The notes under the pieces: generated by a model | The model's input: only the letters and a program-made list of their open reading frames with translations | What the model was told of the DNA's origin: nothing | Databases searched by the model: none | Source of the DNA: a virus | Lineage: Duplodnaviria > Caudoviricetes | Reading direction: 5' to 3' (one strand) | Length of the DNA stretch: 64,000 nucleotides | IMG/VR virus record: IMGVR_UViG_3300045391_006539 | Made by a program: the position numbers and the translations under genes | Shown here: positions 1-11,393 of the stretch, in pieces | How positions within the stretch are numbered: the first letter of the stretch is position 1 | Layout: each line of letters starts with the position of its first letter

Positions 1-2165
1 CAACCGGAGCCACTGGCGCGACAGGGGCAACCGGACCTACTGGCCCTACAGGGCCCACTGGAGCAACTGGCGCAACTGGCGCAACTGGCGCAACTGGCGC
101 AACTGGCGCAACTGGCGCAACGGGTCCCATCATCACGGTCAATCCGGGTGAGTCACTGGGTCTCAGCATCACGGCGGGTGCTCCCGCCTCCGCCGTGGCA
201 CTCACGGGTCTGCAGCAGGGCTCCAATCTACGCCTCGATACTTCGGTGGGTGACACCACGAGCTCGGGCTCGATTGCCACCTACACGGTTGCGGCCGACA
301 CCAACAGCCTGACGTTCAACAGCGTCACGGTCACCATCCACGGTTTCAGCGTTCCTGCGAACCGAGGCCAGATTCTGTTCGTCCGCCACATCGGTGCTGG
401 GTCTTGCTCACTCGTGCAAGAGAGCTCGACGGCCACTCTCACCACCGAGCGCATTGGTCTGGGTGATGGCATTCCCAGCAACAGCGTAGGCCTCATCCTG
501 GGCTCGCCGGGTGGCACGTTCAACCGCTCGGCGCTGTTCATCTACACCGGGTCGCGCTGGCAGCGCATGGATGATGCCGTCAACGCTTCATCAATCTTCA
601 ATTCCCAGCTCGCCACCATGGTTGCGGGGCGGCTCAAGGGTGTGCCCATCGGTGGTGGGACTACGAATCCGAGTGACCTCACGGCTGCTCAAGTCAACAC
701 CATCGTCGGGTCTGCAGATTTATCGCTCGCCAATGCGCTGTTCCTATCGACGAGTCAAGTCGTCACGGGCTCCCTGCCACTCAACATCTCGCTCAGCGCG
801 GCGACGACGCTCTTGCTCATCAACATCGCCGGTGATGGCGACATTACCGACATGACCACGGCCGCTGCGGGTCGCATCGTGGTCATGCAGAGCATTGCAT
901 CTGGCACCAAGCGCATCATCCATCAGTCGGGCGGGGCGGGCGCCACCAAGTTCTTCTGCCCACTCAATACCGACTACTACCTCGGTCCGCGTGACAACGT
1001 CCTCTTCTTCGGTATCGGCGCTCAGGGCTGGTTCGTCATGCCCATGGGCGGTAGTTCGGCAACTGCAGAAGGCACCATTCGTGGTCGGGCTCTCGGAGCG
1101 GGTACGGGCCCGCTCACGGACCTCACCAGAGCTCAGCTCTACGCCATTTTCAGCGCAGCAGGTCTACAGGGCCCGCCCGGTGAAGACGGCGAAGATGGAG
1201 AAGACGGTGAGCAGGGCCCACCCGGCAATCCGGGTCTGGAGGTCGTCCAGCGCTTCACGACGTCTGGGACGACCAATGACCTCGTGCTCGACCCCACGAC
1301 GACCACATTGACGGTCGACACGGGCAACAGCGACTGGCTCATCACGGGTTTCGCTGGCGGCTACGCTGGTCGGCGCCTGATTGTGATGAACGCCAGCAAC
1401 TCTGGCTCTCGTGGTGGTTTCGGCAACTCGGGGTCTGCTGCCGAGAATTCCATACTCCTCACGGGTACGGGGTCTACGAGGACGGGTCGTCGTTACAGCG
1501 CCCTCCTCGAGTACGATGGGCTCGACAGCATCTGGCGCATCATCGCCGACACGCCCACTACGCCCTTCGACAACATCAGCAACATCGCTGGTGACTACAT
1601 CGAGCACGATGGGACGGACTGGGTCTCTCGAACTGCAGCGTCTGGGCCTGGTACGTATGGCCTGGGTGTGGTCGTGGGCCTCGGAGCGACCAATCCGACA
1701 GCGACGAACGCCACCACGAACCTGTCGGCGGGTGCTTACACCATCGTGGCTAACACGGCTCGTGTGGGGACGACGTACAAAGCCGTCATCCACTTCGCAT
1801 TCGTACATGCAGCAGGTGCAACGCCCACGATAACTGCTGAATGGGTGCTCACGGGAGGCACGCCCACAGGCCTTGCCTCATTCGTCATCACACCAACGAG
1901 TACGGGCGGCACCTATCGGGGCACCATCGAGGGACTCCTGCGCTTCCAGACCATCGGCGGTTCTGCTGGCGGTATCAGCACCGTGCGCACGTGCAACTCT
2001 TTTGGCAATACTGGCAATGACTCGACGGGTGGTGTCGACGGTGGATTCACGGGCTCTGACACGACTGTCACCCAGACCATCGAGTTCCGCATCCGCATGA
2101 CTACTGCGGTGGCGAGCAACACGCTCACCGTGCAGCAGGCCTACATCGAACGGGTCCTATTCTAA
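1..2165 (+). CDS. Tail fibre / collagen-repeat virion protein (5'-truncated by window edge)
   Basis: The frame of ORF 195-2165 is open back to base 3 and encodes G-A-T/G-P-T collagen triplets. It has an internal [19 protein letters not shown] collagen stretch and repeated beta-rich T/G/S modules. Confidence 0.7.
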   Translation, partial: TGATGATGATGPTGPTGPTGATGATGATGATGATGATGATGPIITVNPGESLGLSITAGAPASAVALTGLQQGSNLRLDTSVGDTTSSGSIATYTVAADTNSLTFNSVTVTIHGFSVPANRGQILFVRHIGAGSCSLVQESSTATLTTERIGLGDGIPSNSVGLILGSPGGTFNRSALFIYTGSRWQRMDDAVNASSIFNSQLATMVAGRLKGVPIGGGTTNPSDLTAAQVNTIVGSADLSLANALFLSTSQVVTGSLPLNISLSAATTLLLINIAGDGDITDMTTAAAGRIVVMQSIASGTKRIIHQSGGAGATKFFCPLNTDYYLGPRDNVLFFGIGAQGWFVMPMGGSSATAEGTIRGRALGAGTGPLTDLTRAQLYAIFSAAGLQGPPGEDGEDGEDGEQGPPGNPGLEVVQRFTTSGTTNDLVLDPTTTTLTVDTGNSDWLITGFAGGYAGRRLIVMNASNSGSRGGFGNSGSAAENSILLTGTGSTRTGRRYSALLEYDGLDSIWRIIADTPTTPFDNISNIAGDYIEHDGTDWVSRTAASGPGTYGLGVVVGLGATNPTATNATTNLSAGAYTIVANTARVGTTYKAVIHFAFVHAAGATPTITAEWVLTGGTPTGLASFVITPTSTGGTYRGTIEGLLRFQTIGGSAGGISTVRTCNSFGNTGNDSTGGVDGGFTGSDTTVTQTIEFRIRMTTAVASNTLTVQQAYIERVLF
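63..116 (+). repeat. 9-bp tandem repeat (GCAACTGGC)x6 encoding collagen Ala-Thr-Gly triplets
   Basis: Read directly from the sequence. Confidence 0.95.
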
Positions 2166-2198
2166 AATCAATCCCCAACCTCCTGAGGAGACAAACGA

Positions 2199-2528
2199 AT
2201 GGCCAGAATCAACAAGCGACTCTTTTTTACCCCCGCAGATGCCACGGCCGAGACCGTGTACACCAACTCAGCGGGTCAGACGACGGTGCTCAAAAGCCTG
2301 ACGATGGCGCAACCTACGGGTTCGCTCACTACCAATATCCGTCTGTCAATCGGCGCTGATGGCACTGCAACGCGGGTCATCGATTATCCGGTGCCTGCGG
2401 GTGCTGGCACGTACATTATCTACCCCAACATCACACTCAGCGGTACAGAGACGTTTCAGCTGTCTTCGACTGCCACAGATGACGTCGTCGTGGTGACGGG
2501 TAACGGAACCGTGGACCTCTCGGCGTAA
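2199..2528 (+). CDS. Small beta-rich virion/tail-fibre-associated protein
   Basis: GAGGAG RBS, T-rich beta-sandwich-like composition, lies in the fibre operon. Confidence 0.6.
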   Translation: MARINKRLFFTPADATAETVYTNSAGQTTVLKSLTMAQPTGSLTTNIRLSIGADGTATRVIDYPVPAGAGTYIIYPNITLSGTETFQLSSTATDDVVVVTGNGTVDLSA

Positions 2529-2538
2529 AGGTGACTGA

Positions 2539-2859
2539 ATGATTATCTCTAACGACTTGACGAATCCGAGCGCCACGGACCTCATCGTCCAAGCAACGGT
2601 TCCAGCAGATGGTTACTACCGAGTTCGCTTCTTCGTATCAGCAACGGCTGATGCACAAGTAGAGGCCTCGGCGGGTAACCCAATTACTACTGGTTCCATC
2701 GTCATCAGGGTTCCAGCGTCGTCGAGTTTCCTCCTAGACCTGGGTACCTACCTCTTTGCGGCTTCTGCAACCGTCTCTCTTCGGATGCACGCCAATCTCA
2801 CGGGTGTAGTCGACGGCAGCGTCTTCCTCGACCCAGTCTCATACAGCCCAGTTGCGTAA
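2539..2859 (+). CDS. Small putative virion protein
   Basis: AAGGTG RBS, operonic with the fibre genes. Confidence 0.55.
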   Translation: MIISNDLTNPSATDLIVQATVPADGYYRVRFFVSATADAQVEASAGNPITTGSIVIRVPASSSFLLDLGTYLFAASATVSLRMHANLTGVVDGSVFLDPVSYSPVA

Positions 2860-2872
2860 AGGAGGCGCGGGG

Positions 2873-3475
2873 GTGGAACAACTCAACGTCCTGCTCTACT
2901 TCTCCCGAGACGAGTTTCTACAACTCTCGGGAGCGGTCTCGCGTCAGCTCTTCCTCACGCATATCGAGGACATCATCACGCCGTTCGGCATCCAAGACGT
3001 CACGGTCTTGCCCAATGCCGGTATTCGTGTAGACCTCACTGACACGCTAGACTCGACGCAGCGGCAGACACTGCGAGACCGGGTGGCGAGCTTCGCAGGG
3101 GCCACGCTCATCGAGAAGCCCACCGTCCAATCCGTGGCAGGTCCCATCTTGGCGACGAACGGCACACTCGTGGACGTCATCGACTTCACGACGCCGCAGC
3201 TCACGGGTGGGACCTATCAAGTGGGCTGGACGAGCAACTTGCGGCTGACTGCGAACGCGGCCAATACGGGCGCGCGAGCGCTGGCCACCATCAATGGACA
3301 GACCCAGCCGACGCACTGGGACCGCAACTTGGTGGTGGCCTTCAACGGCATGGTCACGCTCGACCGCACGGCGGGGCAGACTATCCACTTCCAACTCCAA
3401 GTCTCCAAGGTCGGCTCGGGCGCAGCAGATGCGGAGGTCACGAACGCGAGGTGCACCATCGACAAGATAGGATGA
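2873..3475 (+). CDS. Putative virion protein (C-terminal beta-jelly-roll-like domain)
   Basis: GTG start after AAGGAGG, operonic, beta-rich C-terminus. Confidence 0.55.
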   Translation: MEQLNVLLYFSRDEFLQLSGAVSRQLFLTHIEDIITPFGIQDVTVLPNAGIRVDLTDTLDSTQRQTLRDRVASFAGATLIEKPTVQSVAGPILATNGTLVDVIDFTTPQLTGGTYQVGWTSNLRLTANAANTGARALATINGQTQPTHWDRNLVVAFNGMVTLDRTAGQTIHFQLQVSKVGSGAADAEVTNARCTIDKIG

Positions 3476-3492
3476 GGGTCGCGTAGACCCCC

Positions 3493-4980
3493 ATGGCCTT
3501 CGAATTCCTAGACGTCGTCCCGGCCGATTCGACCAACATCGGCCGGGATGACACCCTGAGCTTCGACATCCGCTCCAGTGAGGGACTCGGGCAAATCACG
3601 CTGGCCGTCAAGTTCCCACGGCTCGGCCACATCGAGCTCATCTGGGTGGGCAATCCCGAGGAAGCGCGCGACCCCGAGGGCGAGGACGGCTTCATGCCGC
3701 CTTACAAGACCCTTTCGACGGTGGAAGAGGTCTCGGACCCTGGCTTTCATCGCTTCCGCTTCTCCATCCGCCGGCGGATAGTTCACTCGGATGGCACCGA
3801 GACGGGTTGGCTCGGCAGCCCACGTATCATCGCCTCGAGCGACGGGGGTGGCGAAGATGTACCAGGTCCTACGGGGCCCACCGGTCCCGAGGGTCCTCAA
3901 GGCCCAACGGGGCTTGCTGGCCCTACCGGACCAACGGGTCCAACGGGACCCACCGGTCCCACGGGTCCGGCGAGCTCGCTCACGCTCATTCGTACCGAGA
4001 CTTTCACGGCAGACGGCACGTGGACCATTCAGAGCGATGGCTCGGTCTACCGAGTCGTCGTCGTGGGTGCGGGCGCCGGCGGCGCGAGTGGGTCTGCCGT
4101 CGTCACCGTTGGCGCCACCCTTCGTATCGGTGGTCCGGGTGCGGGCGGAGGATGCTGGCAAGAGGGTTGGTACGACCGAGCCACGATGGCGGCTCAGTCT
4201 CCAGCTGCCGTCATCGTGGGCGTGTCGGGTACGGGTGGTGCTGCACGCACGGGCACGATTGACCAAGCTCCGGCTGCAGGCGCGGCAGGCACACACAGCG
4301 CTTTCGGAACGCTACTCGTAGCGTTTGGTGGTGGTCCAACGACCATCACCAATACGAGCACGACTACGACTGGGTCTGGGGGTGGCGGGAACTATAGTCA
4401 GGGTGGCGCGAGCGCCTCGGCTGCAAACCAAGGCGGTGAACCCAATACGGGCACGGCTGGTCTGAGCGGTATCGATGGGGGCGGCGCTGGGTGCACGACG
4501 GCGCTCTCGCGCGCGGCCGAGCGGGGCGGTGGTTCTGGCGGCCCAGCCATCACCAACTCGATAGGAATTGGTGGCGGCAACAGCCGGAGAGGTGGCGGCG
4601 GCGGCGGTTCTGGGGGTGGTGGCCGTAACGATACGAATGCCGCCTTCGATGGTGGTGCTGGGGGCTCCTCTGGGCCTCGCGTCGATGGCGCGCAACGAGG
4701 TACTGGCGCCTCGGCAGGCCTCGGGTCTACGTCGGGTGCAGCTACTGCTGGCGCCGCTGGCGCCCCAGGAACTTCACATCATGCCGGGGGCGGAGGTGGT
4801 GGGGGTGGCTCGAGCCGCGGCACCGCAGCCGTGGGCGGCGATGGCGGCAATGGTGGCGTGCCCGGCGGCGGCGGTGGTGGTGGAGGTGCTGCACTCCGCT
4901 CGAGCGGCACGGGTTCCATCTCGAGTGGCAAGGGCGGTGATGGCGGCCGCGGCGAAGTGACCGTCTACACATACCAGTGA
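3493..4980 (+). CDS. Collagen-repeat, glycine-rich fibre/spike protein
   Basis: (GPT)n collagen repeat followed by a phage Gly-rich domain ([12 protein letters not shown] ... [14 protein letters not shown]). Confidence 0.75.
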   Translation: MAFEFLDVVPADSTNIGRDDTLSFDIRSSEGLGQITLAVKFPRLGHIELIWVGNPEEARDPEGEDGFMPPYKTLSTVEEVSDPGFHRFRFSIRRRIVHSDGTETGWLGSPRIIASSDGGGEDVPGPTGPTGPEGPQGPTGLAGPTGPTGPTGPTGPTGPASSLTLIRTETFTADGTWTIQSDGSVYRVVVVGAGAGGASGSAVVTVGATLRIGGPGAGGGCWQEGWYDRATMAAQSPAAVIVGVSGTGGAARTGTIDQAPAAGAAGTHSAFGTLLVAFGGGPTTITNTSTTTTGSGGGGNYSQGGASASAANQGGEPNTGTAGLSGIDGGGAGCTTALSRAAERGGGSGGPAITNSIGIGGGNSRRGGGGGGSGGGGRNDTNAAFDGGAGGSSGPRVDGAQRGTGASAGLGSTSGAATAGAAGAPGTSHHAGGGGGGGGSSRGTAAVGGDGGNGGVPGGGGGGGGAALRSSGTGSISSGKGGDGGRGEVTVYTYQ

Positions 4981-4992
4981 AGGAAGTCTGAC

Positions 4993-6819
4993 GTGCCTCC
5001 CATCCCAGGACCCACAGGTCCTTCAGGCCCGCAGGGGTCTACGGGCCCGACTGGACCGGAAGGACCAACGGGTCCAACGGGACCCACGGGCCCTACTGGA
5101 CCAACGCCACCACTCGCGCTCATCAGCGTCGAGACCTTCAGCGCCAATGATGCCTGGTCGACGCAGAGCAATGGAGGCCGTCTCTATCGCGTCGTCGTCA
5201 CGGGCGCGGGTGGCTCGGGTGCGGGTGCGCGCGTCTGTGGCGCCGGACTCACCATTGCTGGTCCTTCTGGGGGTGGAGGCGGCGCTCGGGAAGAAGAGTG
5301 GTTCACGCGTGAGGACCTCGACGATGCCATCCACTGGTGGTGGCATGGCGGCAGCGACCGCATGTTCATGGGTGACGTGCTCAACAAAGAGCGCACGGAC
5401 ACCTTCTCGGCCTTTACATGGTATCGCTCGGTCTACGCCGCCTCTACGACCTGCCTCTTTGGCAAACAGCTCGATGCGGTGAGCTCGGGCTGGCGTTTGC
5501 TCATCGGCTCGCTCGTACAGGACTTCGTGATGTTCGGGTCTGCGGGACCCACGCGCTTGGCCGTCAACGCCAACCCACCGCCGCTCATCGATGGGCGCCG
5601 GCACCACTATGGTTTCACGAAGACCACGAGCGCCACGGCTGCAGGCGTCACCTTCTACTTCGATGGCGTTGCCGTCGGGAAGATAGTCACCGAGGACACG
5701 CTCGCGCACACGACGCTGAATGCGGGACAGGACTTCCAAGTCGGTCTACGTGGTTCGACGTTGCCCTTCATCGGCGGGCAGAACGACCTCTCTATCTGGA
5801 ATCGCGTGCTCACGGCGCCGGAAGTCGCCGAAATCTACAACGCCGGTGTGCCGCCGGACCTCACGACGGTCTCTTGCGCCTCCGCGCTCGAAGCGTGGTG
5901 GCCCCTCGACGACAGTGACACCACTGGTTCGGGCAACATCATCGACCACGGCCCCAACGGCTATGACGGGACTGCTTCGGGTCCCAGTAAGGGCATGCAC
6001 AACGTCATCGTGGCTCCAGGGACCTCGGGAGGCCTCGGAACGACGAGCACGGTCACGGCCATCAGCCCCAATGCGGCAGGAGCGACGGGTGGCCCCTCGT
6101 CGTTTGGCTTTTTGCTCTCGGCCTATGGGGGCGGAGCGGGTGGCAACACGACGGCGATTGGTACGGGTAACCACGTCGTGGGTGGTTCTGGAGGCGGTCT
6201 CATGGGCCCCGGCGCTGCTTCCACGGGTACGGGGACTACCAATGCGGGTGGTGAGCCCTCTCTGGGCAATGGACTCGCCGGGTTCGGTGGCGGTGGCTCG
6301 GCGAGCCCCACACCGGCTTTCGTCACAGCCAACGACCCGGGAGAGGGGCGCCCCGCCATGTGGGGCGGTGGCGCTGGTGGCTTCGGTCTCGCAGGCGGCG
6401 CCGGTCGTGGTGGCGCCCAGTCTCGCAAGGGCGGCGGTGGCGGTGGTCCTGGCGGGGGTAGCTCGGGCGGTCAGAACGGCAATCGAGGTGGGGCTTCGGG
6501 TTGGGAATCGGGCCGTACTCGATTCTTGGTCGGTGAGGGAGGCCTCAACGGTGACGGCACGGCTGCGACTGGTAGTCCCATCGGTACGGACGCTCAAGCC
6601 GGGGCCGATGGGGACGATGACCACGCAGGTGCGGGTGGCGGCGGTGGCGGCGCGGGTGATGGTATCGGCGCTCGCGGAGGTCGAGGCGGCAACGGTGGTA
6701 TCCCCGGAGGCGGTGGTGGCGGTGGTGGTTGCGCGCGCTACGCGTCGGGTGCTGCAGTGACCTCGGGGGATGGCGGTGATGGCGCGCGCGGCGAAGTGAC
6801 GGTGTACACGTACGGCTAG
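4993..6819 (+). CDS. Collagen/Gly-rich fibre protein with inserted LamG (concanavalin A-like) domain
   Basis: (GPT)n start, paralogous to the previous gene. The insert has LamG-3 motifs ([44 protein letters not shown]). Confidence 0.75.
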   Translation: MPPIPGPTGPSGPQGSTGPTGPEGPTGPTGPTGPTGPTPPLALISVETFSANDAWSTQSNGGRLYRVVVTGAGGSGAGARVCGAGLTIAGPSGGGGGAREEEWFTREDLDDAIHWWWHGGSDRMFMGDVLNKERTDTFSAFTWYRSVYAASTTCLFGKQLDAVSSGWRLLIGSLVQDFVMFGSAGPTRLAVNANPPPLIDGRRHHYGFTKTTSATAAGVTFYFDGVAVGKIVTEDTLAHTTLNAGQDFQVGLRGSTLPFIGGQNDLSIWNRVLTAPEVAEIYNAGVPPDLTTVSCASALEAWWPLDDSDTTGSGNIIDHGPNGYDGTASGPSKGMHNVIVAPGTSGGLGTTSTVTAISPNAAGATGGPSSFGFLLSAYGGGAGGNTTAIGTGNHVVGGSGGGLMGPGAASTGTGTTNAGGEPSLGNGLAGFGGGGSASPTPAFVTANDPGEGRPAMWGGGAGGFGLAGGAGRGGAQSRKGGGGGGPGGGSSGGQNGNRGGASGWESGRTRFLVGEGGLNGDGTAATGSPIGTDAQAGADGDDDHAGAGGGGGGAGDGIGARGGRGGNGGIPGGGGGGGGCARYASGAAVTSGDGGDGARGEVTVYTYG

Positions 6820-6863
6820 TCGGTGCTAGACCCTCGATAGTCCCCAACGAAAGGGTCTACGAA

Positions 6864-7247
6864 ATGTCAGAGCAGACTCAGGGTCCCGAAGGCCCCACCG
6901 AAGGTGTATCCAGCAATCTATCGTCGTCCGAGAACCAGCAAGCGGGTACGAATACACTCACGCCGGAGCCAGGTACTGCTGGCGCCGCCGGCGCTCCTCA
7001 CTTCGTGGCGCCCATCGTGGCTGCTGCCGAGATTGCTGCACGCCAAGCCCACGAAACTGCCAGTAAGTTTGGTTGTGGTGCGCTCGTCATCATCTTCGAC
7101 GCCACGGGCGCCTATCAGTTTCGCACCGATGGTCAGGTCAACGTGACCAACGTCATTGGCATCCTGCACCGCATCACGCTCGGTCTACACTCGGCGGCTG
7201 CGAACCAGACGCCATTCTCAGCGCCCAATACGCCGAATCGAGGTTGA
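6864..7247 (+). CDS. Hypothetical protein
   Basis: ORF sits between structural genes with plausible codon usage. Confidence 0.55.
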   Translation: MSEQTQGPEGPTEGVSSNLSSSENQQAGTNTLTPEPGTAGAAGAPHFVAPIVAAAEIAARQAHETASKFGCGALVIIFDATGAYQFRTDGQVNVTNVIGILHRITLGLHSAAANQTPFSAPNTPNRG

Positions 7248-7281
7248 GAGCTCTCGGGCCATGTCCCCAGTAAGATGGGAC

Positions 7282-10200
7282 ATGACCTCGCAGAGCCTGA
7301 CCTGGTTTCTCGACGTTGCAGAGCCCACGCTACCGGCGGCGCCCCCGGTAGTTCCCGCCGATAGCAACTACACGTCCACCGAGATTGCGGTGGCGGTCGA
7401 CAAACTGGTCCAGGGCGCCATCCGTCGTCCCTACGGAGCGCTCGGCGAGCGCCAGACGGGCACCACTTTCGATGACACCATGGACGCTGCCGCCGGCGTC
7501 TTCATCCTGACGCCCGAAGCGCCTTTCTACGTACTGCTCCTGGGCTCTCGGCGCCTGTCCGAGCTCGTCACCAGCTTGCTCGATGACAGCCAGAAGCTGG
7601 TGGCCGCCATCGATGCCACCGGTAGACGGGTCAAGCCAGTCGAGAACCTGACCAACCTGGGCAATGCGCGGACGGCGCTGGCGGCTCTCGAGAGCGCATC
7701 CAACGTGCGCGACTCGGTCTTCGAGGACATCGAGACCACCTCTGCCTTCCAGCGCTTCGACCTACACACGAGCCGCTTTCTCGACCAGAATGCGAAGAAC
7801 ATCCGGGTGGGTCAGAACATCGTCGAGACCCCGCAAAAGGCGCGCAAGAGTCTCGGCGAGCTCGTCTCGGCCGTCACCGAGGGCCTCGCCGAGGTGCAGC
7901 GGCGAGTGGGTCTCCTCGCCGCGGGTATCGACGACTACAACGCCATGAACTTGCCGGCGCTGTTGGCTCGTGGGGTCATCAGCCGTGCGCGCGGGGTCAT
8001 CGACGACCGCATCACTCAGATGGAAGCGCTGACGCCCACGGCGCGGCTCGAGGTCTTGCGCGAGACCGTGCTCGATGTCCTGGCCAGCAAGGCCGTGGTC
8101 AAGGGCTTTGGGTCTCTGCCCAAGAGTGGCACCTTCGCCGATGTGGACGGTATCGCCGTGCCCTTCGCCGACGCAGACCATCTGGCCACTCCAGCACTCG
8201 TATCCTCGGACCTACTCGACCCTTTCATCATCATCGCTGGGCAGGACACGCTCACGTTCACGGTAGAGGGAGGGCCGACCACCGTCAGCATCCCCCTGCA
8301 GCGTTCGTTCCTCGCGCGCATTCAGGGCACCATCGCCGAGCCCTACGAAATCGTGAACAGCGTCAACGACGAGCTCTCCATCGTGCTCGACCCGGGCAAT
8401 GACTTCGTGGTCAATCTGACCACGGGCGCGGCGCGTACGGCGCCACAGATAGTTGCCGATATCAACGCTGCCATCACGACCCAGCTCATCGTGGCCGAGA
8501 GCTTTCTCGCTCCCGAGAAGTTCATCGGCATCGTGAACATGACGGGCACCGACCCCAACATGGTCTTCACGGTCAGCGCAGGCACCAACTTCTTCCAGCT
8601 CAGCGTCGACGTGGGCGATGCCGTGCTCATCACGACGGGAGTCTACAACCAGGCTTACTTCACCATCACGGCGGTCACGACGACGACCATCAGCGCCACC
8701 CGCTCGGGCGGCTCGGCGGTGGCGGCAGCGACCAACGTCTCCATCAGCGTGGGTCCGCCAGACCGCTTCGTGCGGGTGCGGGTCTCGGATGGAGACGAGG
8801 CAGAAGCGCTCGAGGACTCCATGACTATCGAGGCCGAGGCCAATGCGGGGGACCCCTCCGCTTGGGCCACGCTCGGCATCTTCCCGGGTTCGGTGAGCCA
8901 GTGCCGGCGTACGCGCGCCGAAGAGGTGGCGCTCTCCATCAACTCGAGCGCCAGCGCCGCCGTGGCGGGGGTCGCACGCGTGGCGGCCGCCGCCGTCTTC
9001 GTGGGTGGGGGCAGTCTGGCGGGCCGGAGTGAGCCCACCGACCCGTTCAAGGTGATGAGCAGCGTCTTCCGAGCGCTGGCGGACATCATCGACGATGGCC
9101 CCACGCCGGCGCGCTTTGCCATCTCGGGCGCCGCGAGCGCCGGGGTGGTCGTGGGGGACCGGGTCACGCTCCGCAGCGCAGCCCTGTCGAGTCAGGTGGG
9201 GCTGCGGGGGACCATCACCCTGGTCACCGACACCGAGATTCGGGCCAACATGCTCGGCCTTCTGACCGTACAGACGGGTGTCGACCTCGAGGTGGGCAAG
9301 AACCTCGATGCCCAGAAGGACCAGGTGGTGGTCATCGCCGCCCCGAGCCCGGCTGCGGGGGTCTATCGAGTCATCGAAGATGCGCAGAACGTTACGGAAA
9401 TCACTCTCGATAGACCCCTCCCCAACTATTACACGTTTGGCTCGCGGCCGCTGACTTTCAGCTTCGAGCTCGGCGCCAACCGGGTCGACTTTCAGAGCCT
9501 GTCGACCTCGACTTCGAGCCGCATTGCCGTGAGCGGCAATGCCCACGACGTCTTCTTCGATGAGAACCCCGACGAGGCCGTGGGGGGTAGTGCCTTCGTA
9601 CTGCTCGCCGAAGACCCGAAGACCCTGGGCTTCGGAGACCGCTTCGAAATCTACACGGGCCAGTACGACGTGCCCGAGCACTCCTTTGCCGTCATCGGCT
9701 TCGAGCAGGGTCAGCAGCTCATCGAGCTCGATGGCGACGTGCCCCTGTCCTTCACCCAGCTCGACTTCTCGCGCGAGACGCCGGCGCCCTTTGCCCGTAT
9801 CCGCAAGGTAGCTCGCAACAACTACGACGACTTCAAGGTGCAGCTCGGGCTCTGGCAGGTGCTCTCCGTCAACGAGCAGTCTTGGACTCGAGACCTCAAT
9901 CGCTTCATCAATCCGCTCATCGTCAACGAGAACCCGACGCTCGCGGCGACCAACACGGCCAAGCTCCACGTCCAGACTCTGGTGCAGGCGCTCGGACAGC
10001 TGCAGACCATCATCGCAGGCTACGAAGTCGATACCGTGCCTAGAGTAGACACGCTCGTCGATAGTTTCCTCTCACGGGGCAGCGACCGCGCCGTAGATAC
10101 GCTGCTCGAAGGACGCTTTCAGGACTTCTTTGGTTTCACCAGCGAGGAGATGAGCTATCTGGGCAATGCGCTCGAGCGCCTGCGGGAAGTGAGCCGCTTG

Positions 10201-10365
10201 GATTTGCCAGTGCGCAAGACCCAGCGCAAGGAGATGCGGGAACAGGAGTTGTCGATGGGCGAGTTCGAAGACGCGAACTACGAATTCGATTTCTCGGACA
10301 TTCAAGATGTTGTCGAAGTCGACATCCCAGGCAGCTTCTTGCCAGTCCCCAACAGCAATCCATGA
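7282..10365 (+). CDS. Large putative structural (baseplate/tail-associated) protein, ~1030 aa
   Basis: Long ORF with 'IVADINAA' and 'VGDAVLITTG..Y.I' modules shared with the 58773-62768 baseplate protein. The start is uncertain (7261 or 7282). Confidence 0.6.
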   Translation: MTSQSLTWFLDVAEPTLPAAPPVVPADSNYTSTEIAVAVDKLVQGAIRRPYGALGERQTGTTFDDTMDAAAGVFILTPEAPFYVLLLGSRRLSELVTSLLDDSQKLVAAIDATGRRVKPVENLTNLGNARTALAALESASNVRDSVFEDIETTSAFQRFDLHTSRFLDQNAKNIRVGQNIVETPQKARKSLGELVSAVTEGLAEVQRRVGLLAAGIDDYNAMNLPALLARGVISRARGVIDDRITQMEALTPTARLEVLRETVLDVLASKAVVKGFGSLPKSGTFADVDGIAVPFADADHLATPALVSSDLLDPFIIIAGQDTLTFTVEGGPTTVSIPLQRSFLARIQGTIAEPYEIVNSVNDELSIVLDPGNDFVVNLTTGAARTAPQIVADINAAITTQLIVAESFLAPEKFIGIVNMTGTDPNMVFTVSAGTNFFQLSVDVGDAVLITTGVYNQAYFTITAVTTTTISATRSGGSAVAAATNVSISVGPPDRFVRVRVSDGDEAEALEDSMTIEAEANAGDPSAWATLGIFPGSVSQCRRTRAEEVALSINSSASAAVAGVARVAAAAVFVGGGSLAGRSEPTDPFKVMSSVFRALADIIDDGPTPARFAISGAASAGVVVGDRVTLRSAALSSQVGLRGTITLVTDTEIRANMLGLLTVQTGVDLEVGKNLDAQKDQVVVIAAPSPAAGVYRVIEDAQNVTEITLDRPLPNYYTFGSRPLTFSFELGANRVDFQSLSTSTSSRIAVSGNAHDVFFDENPDEAVGGSAFVLLAEDPKTLGFGDRFEIYTGQYDVPEHSFAVIGFEQGQQLIELDGDVPLSFTQLDFSRETPAPFARIRKVARNNYDDFKVQLGLWQVLSVNEQSWTRDLNRFINPLIVNENPTLAATNTAKLHVQTLVQALGQLQTIIAGYEVDTVPRVDTLVDSFLSRGSDRAVDTLLEGRFQDFFGFTSEEMSYLGNALERLREVSRLDLPVRKTQRKEMREQELSMGEFEDANYEFDFSDIQDVVEVDIPGSFLPVPNSNP

Positions 10366-10400
10366 GGGGCTAAAAGAAGTGGACCCTGAGGCCCACTTCT
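10364..10400 (-). terminator. Terminator hairpin closing the Cas7-like gene/array transcript
   Basis: AGAAGTGG/CCACTTCT stem followed on the minus strand by TTTTAGCCCC. It lies at a convergent junction. Confidence 0.65.
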
Positions 10401-10414
10401 CCAACCTCCAAAGA

Positions 10415-11393
10415 GGTTTCCTTGCCCTGCCTCACCGCGCTGCGCATCGCCTGGCAGAGACTCGCATCGCACAGCGACGAACCTTGCCGAGCCACGCCGT
10501 GCACGGCGATACCACGCCTTGCCAATCCACGCCATGCCCGGCATTGCCTTGAACCTTGCCCTGCTTGGCACCGCCAGGCCTTGCCACGCCTAGCCTTGCA
10601 GCGAACCTTGCCGTGCAGAACTGCGCCCTACCAAGCCTTGCCGTGCAGAGCCAAGCCGAGAACCTCGCCCAGCCGTGCAGAGCCATGCAACGCACCACCG
10701 CACCATGCCTCGAACCTAGCCACGCCTTGCCTCGCCCTGCATCGCCAAGGACGGCCTTGCCGTGCCTAGTCATGAACCTTGCAACGCCGGGCAGAGCAGT
10801 GCCTAGCATCGCACTGCCGGACCATTCCTAGCATCGCCGCGAACCTTGCCTTGCTCTGCATAGCCACGCTGCGCGTAGCCGTGCATCGCCATGCCTCGAA
10901 CCTTGCCGTGCAGCACCTCACATCGCCATGCCAGGCCTCACTATGCCAGGCCACGAACCTTGCCCTGCCTGGCAGAACCCTACCCCGCCTAGCCCGGCCC
11001 AGCCAAGCCACGAACCTTGCCTCGTCATGCCGAGCCTTGCCGAGCACCGCCTTACCGAGCCATGAACCTCGCCTCGCATAGCCTGACCTAGCGCCGCCGT
11101 GCCGCAGCTCACATCGCCACGACAGGAACCGCGCTGCGCCGAGCCTTGCCATGCAGGACCGTGCCACTCGATGCCGGGCCACACCATCCCGAACCTCGCA
11201 GAGAACCTTGCCTTGCCATGCCGAGCCTGGCCTTGCCATGCCTGGCCATGCCACTCGGTGAACCTTGCCGAGCACCGCTCTGCCATGCCATGCCTGGCCT
11301 CGCCATGCCACTCGGTGAACCATGCCTCGAACCTTGCCTCGCCGGGCACCGCCTTGCCATGCCGAGCCTGGCCTCGGCACGTACCTTGTCTTG
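10415..11393 (-). ncRNA. Pentamer-periodic guide-like array ([NN-GGY]n-GGTTC units, ~16 full units), VIPR-like vrRNA array
   Basis: On +, units begin with GAACC at 10479, 10551, 10603, 10660, 10712, 10774, 10841, 10898, 10955, 11012, 11064, 11126, 11191, 11203, 11260, 11317, 11329. Spacings are almost all 5n+2, and the interiors alternate GCC/GCA/ACC triplets with variable dinucleotides. The array lies directly 3' of the Cas7-like gene. Confidence 0.85.

Noticed and set aside
8212-9969. 585-aa minus-strand ORF (also 27988-29232, 59151-60890 and 61296-62660)
   Set aside because: These are antisense shadows of long GC-rich genes with strong codon bias and show no recognisable motifs.
10415-11393. 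Canonical CRISPR array or simple microsatellite
   Set aside because: There is no 23-50-nt constant repeat with contiguous spacers and no cas1/cas2. The variable dinucleotides, regular delimiters and position in a gene-array-terminator unit argue against a plain satellite.
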